From Octopus sinensis (Eukaryota): 64,000 bases of DNA. A model generated the notes under the pieces. It ran no database searches and had not been told where the DNA came from. It saw only the letters and a list, made by a program, of their open reading frames with translations. This document shows positions 60,277 through 64,000 of the stretch, one piece after another. Position 1 is the stretch's first letter. Each line of letters begins with the position of its first letter. The DNA lies in NCBI RefSeq assembly GCF_006345805.1, contig NC_043026.1, positions 5,022,001 to 5,086,000 of the forward strand, written 5' to 3'. Made by a program: the position numbers and the translations under genes.

Positions 60277-62938
60277 GGGAAAGCGTGCCTCACAAACGGC
60301 GACCACACCTGTTCACCGTCGTCTACATAGAGCCAGAGATGTCGCAGTCTCAGCGCGTGTCTGCGCATCATCAACCACGGCATGCCCAGCCCTCCTTTTA
60401 ACGGGTGTTGACAGCAAATGGATCGCCTGACCATCAGGACGCATCCTTTCCACAAGAAGCGGAAGAGAATGCGTTCTAGTTTGGTTATGGTAGGGTCGGG
60501 ACAAGGTACGACGGTCAGGCGGTAGTAGATGACGGACGCGATGTACGCGTTCGCCACTTCCGCCCGACCTTTTAGGGACAGTTTCCTATCGGCCCATTGC
60601 TGGGCGAGAGTGACCACCCTACTCGTTATCTCGTTCCAGTTCTTCTCCATTTGGAGGTCCGGACCGAACCAGACCACGAGCAACTTAACCGGGCCGTCTG
60701 TCCAGCGTCCCACGACGGAGGTACTGGTGGACGGCATGGGCTTGCTTCTCCAGGTGCCGAGCCGCAAGCCCACTGACTTTTCCCAGTTGATTTTTGCTCC
60801 TGTCACCGCTTCGTAGTCTTTTAGTGTCTCGCCGACCCGCTCGATGTGCGCGTGGCTTGACACTATGACGGTGACGTCGTCCGCGTATGCAGACACGCTC
60901 GTCCCGCATCCTAATTCTCGCGGGATGCCCCTCAGAGTCGCCAGCTTCCGCAGTAGTGGCTCAAGAGTCAATACGTATAGAAGCGCCGAGAGGGGGCATC
61001 CCTGACGGACCGAACGTGCAATGTCGAAAGGTCTCGATACATGTCCATTTACGCGAATTACCGAACGGATGCCTCTGTACAAGGCAGCTATCCAGCCGCG
61101 GAAGACGGGACCGAAACCAGCCGCTCTCAGGACTGCCTCCAAGTATCTATGGTCTACCCTATCAAAGGCTTTCGATTGATCCAAGTTGATCAGGGCCCCA
61201 CCCATGCCAGGTTCGTTAACTACCCTGTCTATGATGTAGCGCATCAGATGGAGGTTGTCATGGATGCTCCGGCCCGGCACGGCGCACGTTTGTGCGTTGT
61301 CGACCAGTTTCTCGATGACAAGCGCCAACCTCTTGGCTAACACCTTTGTCAAAATTTTCAGGTCTGCATTGAGCAGAGTGATTGGCCTAAAGTTATCTAT
61401 AATGTTTCCCTTGTTTGGATCTTTCTTCAGCAGAGTTACAGCTCCTCGACTCACAAAACCGGGTATGCTCCCGTTTTGCTGCCAGTTGCAGTATACCGCT
61501 GCCAAGGCGTCTCCAAACAAGTCTGGCATACAATTGTAAAACTCGTAGGGTAGACCATCCAAACCCGGTGATTTGTCCCTCGAGCATTCTGCCATCGCTT
61601 CCCGCACTTCCGCCGCCGTGATGGCACCTTCGCAGCACCCTGCCTTTCTTGTCGAGAGTCGTGGCAGGCTATGTAGGTAGGCACTGAAGTCCACCCTACG
61701 TTCTTGCCCTCCACTCGTCCCGAACAGTCGGGCAAAATGCTGCTGAAAGGCCTCACACATTTTACTTGGCTCGAGCAATTCGGCCCCTGTTCATCTACCA
61801 GTGACCGAATGGTGGCTTTGTTGCCCTGTTGCGTCTCTGCCACCCGGGCCTCTCTCGCGGCTCCAACACCTTCGTTCCTTAGAGCACGCATCCTAGCTCT
61901 GACAGCACATCCTTCGTGTTTGGCGTTGAAGTGTTGGTCGAGGGCCAACCTCGCCGCCAAAACGTCGGATGCGTTGCCGCTTCTAATTGCCTTTTCTAGC
62001 TTCTTAACTAGCTCACCTTCTACTCTATTTCTATCTATGGCTAGTGCTTTGCTGTACCTAATCGCTTCTGCTTTTACTGCTCTCTTGAGGGCAAACCACC
62101 ATTTGTTGTTGATGATGGCTCCCGTCAAAGCCCTCTTTACTAGTGTGCTAATCCGGTCTCTGAAAACTTGTCTGGACGGGAATGATGCGTTCAGTTTCCA
62201 GTACCAGGGACCCTGTCTATGTGCCTTATCTAAGTCTAGCGTACACGTCACCAATTTGTGATCCGTGTAGCTGACTGTGTGGAATTGTGGACGTCCTAAG
62301 TTATCCTTGTCTACTGTCCTACACAGTATCCTATCTAGATACGATCTCGACGACCCATTGCGGTTGCTCCATGTCCACGTTGGTGCATTTGGGTGGTCGA
62401 GTCGGTACCTGTCAGACAGTTGGAATCGTCTGAGCAGGTCTCTGAGGCATTTGCATCCCCTTCTGTTTTTGTCTCTACCCACGTAGTCTACATGCGTGTC
62501 CAAGGTAGCATTCCAATCCCCCACTAAGAGTAAAGGACGAGACGTTCCCAGGAATACTTCTAGACGTCGAAAGAAATCCGCCCGACCTGTTAAGGGCGGT
62601 GCGTAGACTGATACGAGTCGAAAAGCGCACCCATTGCTGCCGTCGACATCCAGAACGATCAGTCTACCCTCCGGGTCTACGAATATCGTCTTGACTTCGA
62701 GATCCAGGCTCTTGTGAAAAAGTACCGCGGTGCCACTACCGCCCATCCTCGGCAGACAGGGAGCGAAATAAATGTTAAACTGTCCGCCAAACATGGACTT
62801 TAGGGCCCGTGGCTCGTGGAGTCTGGTCTCACTTATGGCTATGATTCCCAAATCATGTGACTTGATGTCATTTAGGAGGTATCCTTGTTTCCAAGGAGAC
62901 CCCAAGCCACGCGCATTCACACAACCAATCTTGACCAT
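60272..62938 (-). mobile_element. Tx1/L1-clade LINE ORF2: APE endonuclease plus reverse transcriptase, one frameshift near 61778, 3'-truncated
   Basis: GCVNARGL, ISETRL, GDWNA, SYLDRI, TDHK (APE); KSPGLDGLPYE, NFRPITLLNAD, DQSKAFD, RQGCPLS, AYADD (RT). Confidence 0.95.
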
Positions 62939-62988
62939 GATTCTATTGGGGTGTGTGCTTTAAAACACAAAAATGAAAGTACAGAGAG

Positions 62989-64000
62989 TTACTTACTTGT
63001 GTCGAAAGTTTTGGCTTCCTCGTTCTTTGATGTGTCTTCGAGGAGGTTTTTATATAGTTTTTGGGACAGATATTTCTGGAAACCCCCTACAGCATTTGGG
63101 AAGAGGGCTTTGAGTTTGTGGTGTTGTGTTTGTGTGATGTGTAGTATTTTTATGTGTTTGGGTGGTGTAGTGCGTGGATGATTGCTATTTTTAAAGTCAT
63201 CTTCACAAATGTTTGTGTAGCCTGTGATGTACTCCATTAGTTTGGAGTCTTTGGTGTCTATCGCTGATAGCATTGTGTGTGTTGCTTTGTGGTGTTGGTG
63301 CTTGTTTGGTTGTATATGGAGTTTTCAGGGTTCAGGTATCTCCCTGCTTTGGTTGCGATTTCTTGTTTGGTTTTTCTTGATCTTTTTCTTTTACCCCCTG
63401 TGGCTATTTGCCATTCTGTCGAACTTTCATCGTTAGATGAAAAGTCTGACGAATCAGCAGGGGGTAACGGTAAAGCGTCTGGGTCTGTTTGTGCGGTTGT
63501 AGATATTGTTGTGTTGCGCGGGGAGGGTGTTGCTGGGGGGTTTGTTGTGGTTATTGTCTCTCCTACATCCTTGGTGCTTGTCTTCTTCGTTGTTATTCTT
63601 GGTGTTGGAATTGGTTTATTTGTTGTTGGTGGTGATGATTCTGTTCTTGGCGCTGGTGTTAGTGTTGTTTGGTTGGGTTGGCTTGTTCTTTGTTGTTTTT
63701 CATGCATTTCTGTATACAGCTTCTTGACTAGCTGTCTATATTGTGGTGTGGGCAATAATGCTGGCTTTTGTGATTTTTCCTGTGGCTGTTGTTGTTGTTG
63801 TAATTTAGCGGCAGATTTGCACTCCTTTTTGAGGTGTGCCTCACTGCCACATGTATAGCATCGTGGTCTTCTGCCCTCGACTACTACGTATAACTTGCGG
63901 CCATCCTCAAGATGTACGTGGGTGGGAATTTTATTGATGTCCTCTTGACTTATGTGGAAGAGGAACTCCATTCTCTTTCCCAGCCAGTCCTTGTTTTTCG
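62989..64000 (-). mobile_element. Tx1/L1-clade ORF1 (gag-like CCHC knuckle), one frameshift near 63260, continues past the window edge
   Basis: CYTCGSEAHLKKEC zinc knuckle (CX2CX4HX4C) followed by a Thr/Pro-rich linker. Confidence 0.88.

Overview
AT-rich, microsatellite-dense animal genomic DNA. The repeat repertoire (two tRNA-headed SINE families, RTE LINEs with (GAT)n tails, Tx1/L1-clade LINEs, Helitrons, piggyBac/mariner/hAT MITEs) looks like an Octopus genome; that assignment is from recall and is not verified. There are two minus-strand host loci. (1) A gene with a single coding exon (10426->4989, about 1,810 codons when reconstructed) encoding a coiled coil plus six tandem NHL/YVTN-like beta-propellers. 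It is split by two frameshifts and one nonsense codon clustered at 9105-9340, and has a predicted TATA/Inr promoter and non-coding exon 1 near 19.6 kb. (2) A multi-exon, frameshifted gene or pseudogene (48.2-56.1 kb) with a poly-His tract of about 120 residues. The rest is transposon-derived. The most unusual items are a hammerhead-ribozyme motif, stem-loop arrays in RTE 3' UTRs, a Tx1 LINE fused to a Helitron 3' terminus, a SINE whose tail matches a Tx1 3' end, a 108-bp array with alternating (dimeric) variants next to a palindrome containing telomeric repeats, and a CRISPR-like-looking array of a conserved core motif. Single-base indels in homopolymers are common, so some frameshifts may be assembly errors. 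All translations and alignments were done by eye, and many repeat boundaries are approximate.
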